Position numbers and translations under genes: made by a program
Notes under the pieces: model-generated
What the model saw: the letters and a program-made list of their open reading frames with translations, nothing else
Databases searched by the model: none
What the model was told of the DNA's origin: nothing
Shown: piece after piece, positions 1-11,024 of the stretch
Position numbering within the stretch: the stretch's first letter is position 1
How the letters are laid out: each line of letters starts with the position of its first letter
DNA from: Octopus sinensis
Lineage: Eukaryota
Reading direction: 5' to 3'
DNA length: 64,000 nucleotides
NCBI RefSeq assembly: GCF_006345805.1
Contig: NC_043020.1
Coordinates: forward strand, 9,610,001 to 9,674,000

Positions 1-9
1 TCATCATCA

Positions 10-44
<35 letters not shown>

Positions 45-66
45 TTTCCCTTCTTTTGTTTTTCAG

Positions 67-114
67 TAAGATCCAGGAAATACGTCTATGAACCAATTGT
101 AGATGCTAATGAAG
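67..114 (+). CDS. SLC37A3: SLC37A3-like internal exon (48 nt; xRSRKYVYEPIVDANE), central cytoplasmic loop
   Basis: Pyrimidine tract + ttttcag acceptor, gaag|gtaacc donor. Ends in phase 1, which joins in frame to exon 13861 (G+AT = Asp). Loop sequence itself is not recognisably conserved. Confidence 0.65.
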
Positions 115-330
115 GTAACCAGATTCATCTCTTCTCATACACACACACAGACACACACACTCACTCACACACACACACACACACACATACGTATACATGT
201 TCTGTCTACCAAATACTGACATCAACTTTCTTGTGACATATTTAGACAGGGAAAGGCAGCGCCTCTGACCTTGAGTTTTTTGCAGGGCTTCAGTGACTGG
301 TCAGAGAGGAAATGAAGAGAAAGAGCTTAC

Positions 331-559
331 TCTTTACTCTTTACTCTTTACTCTTTTACTCGTTTACTTGTTTCAGTCATTTGACTGCGGCCATGCTGGA
401 GCACCGCCTTTAGTCGAGCAAATCGACCCTGGGACTTATTCTTTGTAAGCCCAGTACTTATTCTATCGGTCTCTTTTGCCGAACCGCTAAGTGATGGGGA
501 CGTAAACACACCAGCATCGGTTGTCAAGCAATGCTAGGGGGACAAACACAGACACACAA

Positions 560-602
<43 letters not shown>

Positions 603-763
603 TATGACGGGCTTCTTTCAGTTTCCGTCTACCAAATCCACTCACAAGGCATTGGTCGGCCCGGGGCTATAGTAGAAGACACTTGCCCAAGATGCCACGC
701 AGTGGGACTGAACCCGGAACCATGTGGTTGGTTAGCAAGCTACTTACCACACAGCCACTCCTA
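331..763 (-). mobile_element. tRNA-derived SINE family A (about 420 bp, CORE-like cttgggcaagt, internal TA/TG microsatellite, (AAAGAGT)n tail); about 17 copies, e.g. 2245-2650, 6195-6577, 12070-12482, 32490-32892, 39940-40270, 42380-42757, 46085-46467, 56560-56968, 58318-58722, 61560-62027
   Basis: Pol III A box TGGCTGTGTGG and B box GGTTCAGTCCC; many near-identical copies in both orientations. Confidence 0.9.
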
Positions 764-933
764 AATCTTTATCCACACCATATAGAAAAAATATTTATTT
801 GTTATTTATTTATTTATTGTTTATTTATTTATTGTATATGTACTTAATTGATTTTTAGAATAAGGTTTTTATAGTATATTTATTTTTTCTCGCATAGCAA
901 GTGATTTGAGCTGAGATCGTGTGCTGGAACAAA

Positions 934-1209
934 AACAATTGCAGCGTGGAATGTGTTTGTAAGCCATTTAAGAAACACACAAAAGCCGTTCAATTCACTT
1001 CAACATTTAAGTTTAATTTGTCAAAATATTTTCGTCGCTAAAATCCGCGACCTGTTCACTGACAGCAGCATGGATTTTTGTCAGTGAACAGGTCGCGGAT
1101 TTTAGCGACGAAAATATTTTGACAAATTAAACTTAAATGTTGAAGTGAATCAAACGGCTTTTGTGTGTTTCTTAAATGGCTTATAAACACCTTCCACGCT
1201 GCAATTGTT
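934..1209. repeat. Fold-back inverted repeat, 131-bp arms, 14-nt loop (probable Penelope-like element end)
   Basis: 934-1064 is the near-perfect reverse complement of 1079-1209; PLE assignment is inference from the hammerhead-like fold. Confidence 0.9.
1077..1126 (+). ncRNA. Minimal type-I hammerhead-like fold with G3-C8 core (GUGAACA...GAAA)
   Basis: Stem I tttgtca/tgacaaa, stem II gtcgc/gcgac, palindromic stem III aatatt; mirrored on - in the other arm. Confidence 0.6.
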
Positions 1210-1377
1210 ATTTTTTCTATATGGTGTGAATAAAGTCTTTCACTATTGAATTGCTAATACAGGTTTTTCTCTCAATTATACACATATATGTTGTCAGATT
1301 TGATTTAGAATTGCTAAATTGAATTTTTCCCTGTAAGTTTGGAATTATATTCCTATTATTATTATTATTATTATTAT

Positions 1378-1413
<36 letters not shown>

Positions 1414-1578
1414 ATTAAATTAGAGATAAAACCACTATTAGGCAACTCAAACAGTGATAGTGGTTTTATCTCTAATTTAATTTATATTTATACGGTGAAA
1501 TTTGATTTAATCCTAAATCTAATTTTTCCCTGTAAGTTTGGATATACTCCCTAATATTATATATATATATATATTATA

Positions 1579-1745
1579 CTTTATTTAAAAGCAGCAGAAA
1601 ATTCAACAAAACCTGTTACTCTGAGTTTCACGTTCCCGTTCGTTGGACAGTTTTTGCTAGAATCTAGCAAAAACTGTCCGACAAACGGGAACATGAAACT
1701 CAGAGTAACAGGTTTTGTTGAATTTTTTGCTGCTTTTAAATAAAG
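1579..1745. repeat. Fold-back, 82-bp arms, 3-nt loop; each arm carries a hammerhead-like fold (consensus core CCGACGA...GAAAC)
   Basis: 1579-1660 vs 1664-1745; stem I caaaaactgt/acaggttttg, stem II acg/cgt, GUA triplet. Confidence 0.85.
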
Positions 1746-2200
1746 CATATTACTCTACCACTGGTATTTGAGTACTCTTTTTTCCACCTTGTTTCACATT
1801 TATGTGTTTACTCCGGTATATATATATATATATAATATATATATATATATGTATATGTATATACATATATACTAGTTTTTAAACAATTTCTGTCTACCAA
1901 ATTCATTCGCAAGGCTTTGGTCAACTCAGCGCGACAAGAGAAGACACTTGCTCAAAGTGCTATGCAGTGGGACTGAACCTAAAAACCTGCGGTCACAAAG
2001 CAAACTTCTTAACCACACACCCATGCCTGCGCCCTTGTTGATTGCTTTGAAGTATCTGTTGCACTGTTGTATGTTAAAAGTGTTAAGTTTACTGTACGTC
2101 ATGCTATTGTTTACTGTTACATATTTAGCAGACTTACTGTGTAAGCTTGCTTTGGTCTGCCTCTCTACCTCTCTCTCCTTCCTTTTGCCTTTCTCTGATC

Positions 2201-2233
<33 letters not shown>

Positions 2234-2998
2234 TTTTTTTTTTACTCTTTTTTACTTGTTTCAGTCATTTGACTGTGGCCATGCTGGAGCACCACCTTTA
2301 GTCAAGCAAATCGACCCTAGGACATATTCTTTGTAAGCCTAGTACTTATTCTATCGGTCTCTTTTGCCGAACCGCTAAGTGACGGGGACGTAAACACACC
2401 AGCATCAGTTGTCAAGCAATGCTAGGAGGACAAACACACACACACAAACACATACACACACATACATATATATATATATACATATATACGATGGGCTTCT
2501 TTCAGTTTCCATCTACCAAATCCACTCACAAGGCTTTGGTCGGCCCGAGGTTATAGTAGAAGACACTTGCCCAAGATGCCACGCAGTGGGACTGAACCCT
2601 GAACCATGTGGTCGGTAAACAAGCTACTTACCACACAGCCACTCCTACGCCTTACTTTGCAAATTACTGTATGTGTGTTCAAAACATTTCCAAAATGTTC
2701 ATTTTGTCCCACTACAAGTCTGTGCGAGAGCTTCTGCATGATTCCTAGAACTGCCAGACAAATCATTTTGTCTGATGTGCTAATTATTCTTCCACAACAA
2801 CTACAATAACATAGTAATTAATGATTTCTAATGTAGCAACAGTAAATTATAATAATGTGTAAGTTAAGAACTGTTGCTATAGCGACATAGATTTCTTCAT
2901 CAACTCCTCTCATCACTAAAATATGTTTCTTTCTCTTTTTCCCTTTAACCCTCCGTGTCCTCTTATATATTTATTTGTTTATTTCCTCCTGACATCAG

Positions 2999-3034
2999 AT
3001 GTTATGTCCCCACATTGTTCTTACACTGAGAGTG
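2999..3034 (+). CDS. SLC37A3: Candidate 36-nt phase-1 microexon, copy 1 (DVMSPHCSYTES)
   Basis: tttcctcctgacatcag|ATGTTATGTCCCCACATTGTTCTTACACTGAGAGTG|gtaagt; frame-preserving between exons 67-114 and 13861-13958. Confidence 0.55.
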
Positions 3035-3404
3035 GTAAGTAAAAACCAAGACTAGGGTCCAACCCCTAAATATATTCTTATTTGAATATTGTATTTTGAA
3101 ATCCTTGTTTCGCATGCTTTATTTTTTTTTCTTTGAATGCAATTTTAAAAGAAAAAAAATTGTTTGTTCTAATATCTAGTTAGGTTATCATAATCATCAC
3201 CATCATAGTTATTATCACCAGCATCGTGATCATGATTATCATCATCATCATCATCATCGCATTCTTTTTTTTTTTTATATTCTGTACTTATTTAGTTTGA
3301 ATGGTTTTTCTTCCATATTATTTTTTGCCACTCTGTATGGCAATTTAACAAGAGAATTAACTCTGTGTACAAAAAAATGTATCAAGGTTTACTGTAGAAT
3401 AAAT

Positions 3405-3665
3405 TTTGGCCCCCGTGCCGGTGGCACATAAAAAGTACCATCCGTTCGTGGCCGTTTGCCAGCTCTGTCTGGCACCTGTGCGGGTGGCACGTAAAAAGCA
3501 CCCACTACACTCACGGAGTGGTTGGCGTTAGGAAGGGCATCCAGCCGTAGAAACACTGCCAGATCTGACTGGGCCTGATGAAGCCTTCTGGCTTCACAGA
3601 CCCCAGTTGAACCGTCCAACCCATGCTAGCATGGAAAGCGGACGCTAAACGATGATGATAATGAT
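3405..3665 (+). mobile_element. Non-autonomous retroelement family B ending in (TGA)n; copies near 14860-15160, 15710-15950, 23200-23610, 31925-32135, 39090-39788, 44160-44470, 60195-60580
   Basis: Shared gttggcgttaggaagggcatccag...cggacgttaaacgatgatgat end with a variable number of internal aaaagcaccatccg repeats; no head seen. Confidence 0.8.
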
Positions 3666-5037
3666 GCTGATAAATATAGTTGTTTTGTAGTTATGGCTCA
3701 TATTACATAGAGAGAAAGAGGGTGAGTGTGGAGAGAGAGAGAGAGTATAAGCAAAGGAAAGAGAAGACATGCTTAGTAACTGAAAAAGAACCATATCAAA
3801 CTGTACCTCGTTTCCTCAGTTTTGGTGTGGCCATATCAATTCACTCGTAACCAAACCCCTAATGGAATACGCAGCCTGTGGTTTTGCAGTTAATTTTGAA
3901 AATATTAAAGAACTTTTAGGAATCCAGTAAAGGAACCAACTTTTTTGTTATCAAGTTGGTATTTGCCTCACAAGTTTGACTGCGGGCTGGTGAACCAGAT
4001 GGCTGCACCAGGCTCCTGTCTTGATCTGGCAGAGTTTCTACAGCTGGATGCACTTCCTAATGCCAACCACTCCGAGAGTGTAGTGGGTGCTTTTATGTGC
4101 CACCGGCAAGGGGCCAGTCAGGTGGTACTGGCAACAACCTTTCTTGAATCTTTTTACACATGCCACCGGCACAGGTGCCAGTAAGGTGATGCTGGTAACG
4201 GTCACGCTCAAATGGTCCCTTTTACGTGCCACTAGCATGGAAGCCAGTTTGCTGCTCTGGCAACGATCATGCTTGGTTGGTGCTCTTTAGCACCCTACTA
4301 GCATGGGGCTCAAGTGCTAGTAAGGCGACGCTGGTGTTTCTGATTTAGCTTCAAGGCCAGCAGTTTGAAAGTGGAGTGGGGACTAGATAATTAAAGAGTT
4401 AGTTATAGGATTACTTATTGAATTAATTTACTGATACTGTTTTTGTACATAGGGTAAATGTGTATTTTTCTTGTAGATTGATTAATAATGTTAATGTTTA
4501 ATCCTTCCTAGAATTAAGATCGAATGAATGTGGTGATATCTAAGGTATCTTTGTTCCCAAACAACACTTATTTTAGTGCTGTTGACACCGCTGGATTGAG
4601 TGGTACTGTCCAGGTGTTGAAACCATAGTGATATGCGTGGAGCAGCCGACGATGGAGGTGTATTTGATTGTTGGTATGGCTGTTATTGTTTGTGCAGAAT
4701 ATTTTTATAAGACATCCATTTGATATATATTTTATCAACCCTGAAACGATGCATAGCAAAGTTGCCTACTACAGGATTTGAACTCAGAAGGTAAGAGATT
4801 CAGAAGAAAAACCAATGCTAATTATTCTTCCACAACAACCACAATAACATAGTAAATAATGATTTCTAATGTAACAACGATAAATTACGATAATGTGCAA
4901 GTTAAGAGCTGTTGCTATAGTAACATACATTTCTTCATCACTCCTCCCATCGCTAAAGTATAGTTGCTTATTTGTTTTCCCCTTTAACCTTCTTTACCCT
5001 TTTATATATTTATTTATTTATTTCCTCCTAACATCAG

Positions 5038-5073
5038 ATGTTATGTCCCCACATTGTTCTTACACTGAGAGTG
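5038..5073 (+). CDS. SLC37A3: Candidate 36-nt microexon, copy 2 (identical to copy 1)
   Basis: ctaacatcag|...|gtaagt; exon identical to copy 1 while the flanking intron is clearly diverged. Confidence 0.5.
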
Positions 5074-5739
5074 GTAAGTAAAACCAAAACTAAATTCTAA
5101 CCCCTAAAATATATTATTATTTTGAAATCTTTGTTTCGCATGCTTTGTTTTTCTGTGAATGCAATTTTAAAAGGAAAAATGGTTCGTAGTAAAGATTGTT
5201 TGCCAACATAACATGGCAGTCCTGGTTGAGGACTAATGTTGCTGTAATTTTAGCCCCAGGAGATGTCGTCTCCAGCTGGCTACACGACACAATCTGTGTC
5301 CTTGTATAGATTCCCTTGTTTGAAAATATAAGTACTGTTGCTGAATATCTCACGTTGTGAGATTTTAAAAATAGTAATTTTCAAAAAATGGTTTGTGCTA
5401 ATTTCTAGTTTAACCCTGTAGTGTTTAAACCGGCCAAATCCGGCCCAATATATTCTACATATTTTATATTCAAACTGGTGATATCTAGCCTCTCACTCCT
5501 AACCTACAATGCCATTCTGAAAATAAACAATCACATAATTGAAACCTCAAAACTATAAGATAATGCATGATTAATTCAAAACAATTTGAGTGAAAAATAT
5601 TACATTTAACAGAGTAATCTGAATGCTAAAGGGTTAAGTTACCATAATCATCATCGTCATCGTCATTACCACCAGCACCATCATCATCAGCATCCTCATC
5701 ATCATCATCATCATCCCCATTTTTTTTTTTTTCTTATAT

Positions 5740-6170
5740 TCTGTACTTACTTGGTTTGGATGGGTTTTCTTCCATCTAGTGTTTTGTTCCTCATTGTGGT
5801 CCATCGCCATCTCTTTGAGGAGATTCTGCTTCCTGAAATTAGACGTCACCACTTTATCCAATGCCTTCTGTGGTTTTATTTTTGCAAAGGTTCCTTCCAC
5901 TTTAATTTGTTGTAATTTTTTTGTCCCCACCATCATCATATATCTGTACCACCTCCATAGTCCCTCTTGTACACTACAACTCAACTCATCTATTCTCCAT
6001 CGCTCATGCATGCTGTTACATGACACATCCATTGGAGCATGCTCACCTAATTTCTTTCCTAATCTTCGCACATTTTCCACATTGAATGCCCTTTTTTTTG
6101 ACTACGCAACATCAAACTTCATACACAGGCATCATACACTTTGCCCTTCATACAGTGAAAGAAACTTTGT
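5740..6170 (-). mobile_element. Degenerate RTE-clade LINE 3' region; related remnants at about 3270-3350 and 9228-9430
   Basis: ...LWRWYRYMM...KVEGT...KALDKVVTSNFRKQNL resembles the RTE ORF C-terminus (RLRWYGHVMR...GRPRKTW). Confidence 0.6.
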
Positions 6171-7077
6171 TACCATGTGGGATTTTTTTTTTTTATTTGT
6201 TTCAGTCATTTGACTGCGGCCATGCTGGAGCACCGCCTTTAGTCGAGCAAATCTTATTCTTTGTAAGCCCCCAGTAATTATTCTATTGCTTTTTTTTTGC
6301 CGAACCGCTAAGTGACGGGGACATAAACACACCAGCATCGGTTGTCAAGCAATGCTAAGGGAACAAACACAGACACACACACACACACACACACACTTAT
6401 ATATACATATATACGACAGGCTTCTTTCAGTTTCTGTCTACCAAATCCACTCACAAGGCTTTGGTCGGCCCGGGGCTATAGCAGAAGTCACTTGCCCAAG
6501 ATGCCACACAGTGGGACTGAACCCGGAACCATGTGGCTGGTTAGCAAGCTACTTACCACACAGCTACTCCTGCACCTATAATAAGTTTCTATGACTTTTC
6601 CTCCCCACTTTCTTTCTCAGGCTGCTATGTGTTCCAAACATCCATCACCACTGCTCATTAGGGACCCTAATTAACAGACGATATCAACTACTTGATATCA
6701 TCATCATCATCATCATTTAACGTCCGCTTTCCATGCTAGTTAATTACATATATTCTATCGACCCTAGAAAGAGGAAAAGCAGAGTTGACTTTGGCACGAT
6801 TTGAACTCAGAGAGTAAGATAATCAGAAGAAAAGCCACAAATCATTTTGTCTGATGTGCTAATTATTCTTCCACAACAACTACAATAACATACATAATAA
6901 TGATTTCTAATGTAGCAACATTAAATTATAATAATATGCAAGTTCAGAACTGTTGCTATAGCGACATAGATTTCTTCATCAACTCCTCTCGTCACTAAAA
7001 TATGTTTCTTTCTCTTTTTCCCTTTAACCCTCCGTGTCCTCTCATATATTTATTTGTTTATTTCCTCCTAACATCAG

Positions 7078-7113
7078 ATGTTATGGCCCCACATTGTTCT
7101 TACACTGAGAGTG
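7078..7113 (+). CDS. SLC37A3: Candidate 36-nt microexon, copy 3 (DVMAPHCSYTES)
   Basis: Same splice signals; single TCC>GCC change. Confidence 0.5.
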
Positions 7114-7371
7114 GTAAGTAAAAGCCAAAACTAATCTCTAACCCCTAAAATATATTCTTATTTGAATATTGTATTTTGAAATCCTTGTTTCGCATGCTTT
7201 ATTTTTTTTCTGTGAATGCAATTTTAAAAGAAAAAAAAATGGTTTGTTCTAATTACTGGTTCAAGTTATTGTAATCATCATCTTCATTATTATCATCATC
7301 ATTTTGATGTGGCCATGTCATTTATTTCATATGGCTTATCAATTAATATTTACACACACACACACACACAC

Positions 7372-7419
<48 letters not shown>

Positions 7420-7451
7420 GTGTGATCTCTTGAGCATCTTTCCTTCTCCTT

Positions 7452-7486
7452 GTTTCCAACGAAGAGCTCCGCTCGAAACGTTAAAC
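7452..7486 (+). ncRNA. Degenerate minimal hammerhead-like motif (CCAACGA-A-GAGC tcc GCTC-GAAACGTT)
   Basis: Stem I gttt/aaac, stem II GAGC/GCTC, palindromic ACGT; G5 is A. Confidence 0.45.
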
Positions 7487-7703
7487 CCTCCTTCCCTTCT
7501 TTCCTGAGCGTCAATAATACTTTAATTGTTCCACGTCCTGCGTTGCTGTGTTTTTTTTCTGTGTTTTCTTGTTTGGATTAACTATATATATATATATATA
7601 TACTTATACATATATATATGTGTGTGTGTACATAACCAGTCACCATGCTTGATCGCTAAATCCACAAGTTTTTTATTCTCTCTCTGTTTATTTTCTCTTA
7701 TTC

Positions 7704-7739
7704 CTTTCTGTTGAAGAGCATAGGCTCGAAATATAAAAG
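7704..7739 (+). ncRNA. Degenerate minimal hammerhead-like motif (CTGTTGA-A-GAGC atag GCTC-GAAATATA)
   Basis: Stem I cttt/aaag, stem II GAGC/GCTC; A6 is T. Confidence 0.4.
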
Positions 7740-7880
7740 ACTTTCCCACTTTCCCGAGCATCAGACTAACACACCTGCTGTTGTTCATACACCTGTCTCC
7801 GTCTTTAGTTTTTCTATAAAATTCAACTATATATATTTATATATTTGCACATATCTATATATATATATATTTGTATATTT

Positions 7881-7931
<51 letters not shown>

Positions 7932-8066
7932 TAAATTAGAGATAAAACCACTATTAGGCAAATCAAACAATGAAAAACTTAAGCCAATACATAAAATTAA
8001 TTAATTTATATTATTTTAAATATATATCAAAAGTATTAAAAGTTTAATAAAAGATAATGAGTAAAA

Positions 8067-8135
8067 CACTACGATCGTTTCATGGCTGTCCAATTCGTAA
8101 TAATTCGAGTTATGGTTACAGTCAATCTTCAGGTA
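8067..8135 (-). ncRNA. Minimal hammerhead with canonical core (CUGAAGA...GAAAC GAUC GUA)
   Basis: Stem II TGACTG/CAGCCA, palindromic stem III ACGATCGT, 3-bp stem I TAC/GTG. Confidence 0.6.
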
Positions 8136-8708
8136 ATTGAAATATCTAAAATATAAGCAGAAATATTTAAACAATATTTTTAAGATATAAATAATATAAT
8201 AATTTTACTTATAATAAACTCTATTATCAAACTAGAAACATAGAACTTAACAATTAAGTTTGGATTTATTCCCTAATATTTTATTATTAATTATATATAT
8301 ATTGATTCTGCTCTTATGCATTTATTGAATTGATATGAATGCGTGCATGAAGATAACCCACATATATATACATACACATACTCATACATGTATATATATC
8401 ATTGGACGATTTTGACTGAGGGCTGGTGAACCAGATGGCTGCACCAGGCTCCAAACTTTTTGTCTGATGTACTAATTATTCTTCCACAACAACCACAATA
8501 ACATAGTAATTAATGATTTCTAACGTAGCAACAGTAAATTATGATAATGTGCAAGTTAAGAACTGTTGCTATAGCAACATAGATTTCTTGATCAACTCCT
8601 CTCATCACTAAAATATGTTTCTTTCTCTTTTTCCCTTTCTTTCTCTTTTTCCCTTTAACTCTCCGTGTCCTCTTATATATTTATTTGTTTATTTCCTCCT
8701 AACATCAG

Positions 8709-8744
8709 ATGTTATGTCCCCACATTGTTCTTACACTGAGAGTG
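8709..8744 (+). CDS. SLC37A3: Candidate 36-nt microexon, copy 4 (identical to copy 1)
   Basis: ctaacatcag|...|gtaagt. Confidence 0.5.
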
Positions 8745-9002
8745 GTAAGTAAAAGCCAAAACTAATCTCTAACCCCTAAAATATATTCTTATTTGAATAT
8801 TGTATTTTGAAATCCATGTTTCGCATGTTTTATTTTTTTTCTTCTGTGAATGCAATTTTAAAAGAAAAAATGGTTTGTTCTAATATCTAGTTTAAGTCAT
8901 CATAATCATAATCATCATCACCACAGCAACCATCATCATCAGCATCATGATCCTCAACACCATCATTTTTACATTTTCTTTTATCTTCTGTACTTGGTTT
9001 AA

Positions 9003-9223
9003 CCCTTTCGTTACCAACCCGGCTGAAACCGGCTCTGGCTCTTTAGTACAAATGTCTGGTTTTCAAAAGTTTTGACTTAAAATCTTCCACCAAAGCTTAG
9101 TCACAATTTACATCCCTAACTCTAGCTTAATGATAACGATGTTATTTTACTTAATTCTTTGTTATATTTAAAATAATTGGAAGAAACACTGAGCATCTCA
9201 AAATAAATTCAGTAACGAAAGGG
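9003..9223. mobile_element. piggyBac-like MITE (CCCTTTCGTTAC TIR); relatives near 25358-25975, 41961-42180, 42292-42894
   Basis: TTAA TSD at 8999-9002 and 9224-9227, 12-bp TIR. Confidence 0.85.
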
Positions 9224-9961
9224 TTAAACAGGTTTTCTTCCATCTTGTGTTCTGCCACTCTTTGTGGACCATTGCACAAGGTCATGCATCTTCACAGTTC
9301 CCCATACTCCAACATTATCATTTGATGTTACTTAAAGAGAAACGGTGTGGCTGGGAAGGAAGAATTGTGACCATTCCATACTGTTTGAGATTCATCGTCA
9401 TCAATCTTGAAAGCACCGTGTTATCTTAACACATGTATTGATATTGATTTGTAAAGCATGTTGGGCCTGGTTGGAGGCCCAAGTTTCCAAGTTCTTTTAC
9501 AGGGCTTAGAAAAACTGAAGAACCTCTGCAATAAGTCTGTGAATCAGAGAGGGAAATATGTTGACTAAAATCAGAATTAACTGATCCTCCTTTATTTTCT
9601 TTTACCTATAGCCCGGAACTTTTCCACAATGCCTTGTGTTTATGTATATATATATGTGTGTGTGGAGGCGCAATGGCCCAGTGGTTAGGGCAGTGGACTC
9701 ACGGTTGCAGGATCGCGGTTTTGATTCCCAGACTGGGCGCTGTGAGTGTTTATTGAGTGAAAACACCTAAAGCTCCACGAGGCTCCGGCATGGGGGTGGT
9801 GGCGATCTCTGCTGTACTCTTTCGCTATAACTTTCTCTCACTCTTTCTTCTGTTGGCCTGCTCACTTAGCCAGCGGGGTGGCATCATTTGAAGGCTGAAA
9901 CAATGCGAAGCGCATTGTGACGAGCGATGTGTAGCAACATCTGATAGCCTGGTCGGTCACG

Positions 9962-9999
<38 letters not shown>

Positions 10000-10381
10000 G
10001 CTAGATAGATAGATAGAGAGAGAGATGGACAGACAGACAGCTAGCTATAGATAGACAGATATCCACCCACCCACCAAGTATTGTTCATCCAGTGTTGTAA
10101 GTTTGATATCAGATATGCAACAGTAAATGTAAGGATGATATCAGTGATGTAGATAAAGATATGGTTTTTTAACATTTGGCACAGTGACTAACATTTTGAA
10201 TGAAAGGAAATGGTGACTAAGGTGAGATGTCTGGTGTTTTGCATGCATCTTATTGACCGTTGATTCTGTTCTTTTGCATTCATTGAATTAATATGCATGT
10301 GTGCATGAAGATAACCTACATATATACACCTACTCATACATGTATATATATTTGTACACATATACATACCATACACAAACG

Positions 10382-10414
<33 letters not shown>

Positions 10415-10514
10415 CAAGGGAGATAAATTGAATATTAATTTAATTAATATCAATTTAAAACCAGTAGCCTAGCATACAAAAATCAGAAAAATCAGAGAAA
10501 ATTCTAATACATGT

Positions 10515-10842
10515 GTATATTTTAAGGGCTAAAAACCACTATGTGGACAGCCATATGCTAGAAATAGATCACCTATGATCAAACTACAAAGAAAGAATGT
10601 TCTCTAGAGAAAATTCAGCGGACACCAGAACAATAGGCGGGCAATACAGATGAAAATTATATAAAAATCAAGAATTAATCGCATCTTGATTTTTATATAA
10701 TTTTCATCTGTCTTGCCCGCCTATTGTTTTGATGTCCGCTGAATTTTCTCTAGAGAACATTCTTTCTATGTAGTTTGATCGTAGGTGATTTCTTTCTAGC
10801 ATATGGTTGTCCACATAGTGGTTTTTAGCCCTTAAAATATAC
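10515..10842. repeat. Fold-back, about 159-bp arms, 10-nt loop
   Basis: 10515-10673 reverse-complements 10684-10842 with few mismatches; flanked by (TA)n. Confidence 0.9.
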
Positions 10843-11024
10843 CTATTTATATATATTTAGTCATTCGCATGCATGTGCATGCACAGACGTACGCACACAT
10901 ATACACGTACGTTTACGCACATTTCACATTCAGTATGTGCATGCACACGCACCTACATGTAAATACATGTACACATGTACTGACAAACATGCACGCATTA
11001 CCTATATAACCTATGAGATATATA

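Noticed and set aside
531-764. Recurrent ORFs such as MLGGQTQTH..., MSSNARGTNTDT..., RPRKDERQSRPRR...
   Set aside because: Translations of SINE families A and C; many near-identical copies
5634-6080. 148-aa ORF as a host gene
   Set aside because: Decayed RTE C-terminus running into a (CAT)n microsatellite
6600-6665. Strong acceptor ctttctttctcag at about 6620 as another SLC37A3 exon
   Set aside because: Phase-1 reading hits TAG within 13 codons and no convincing donor follows
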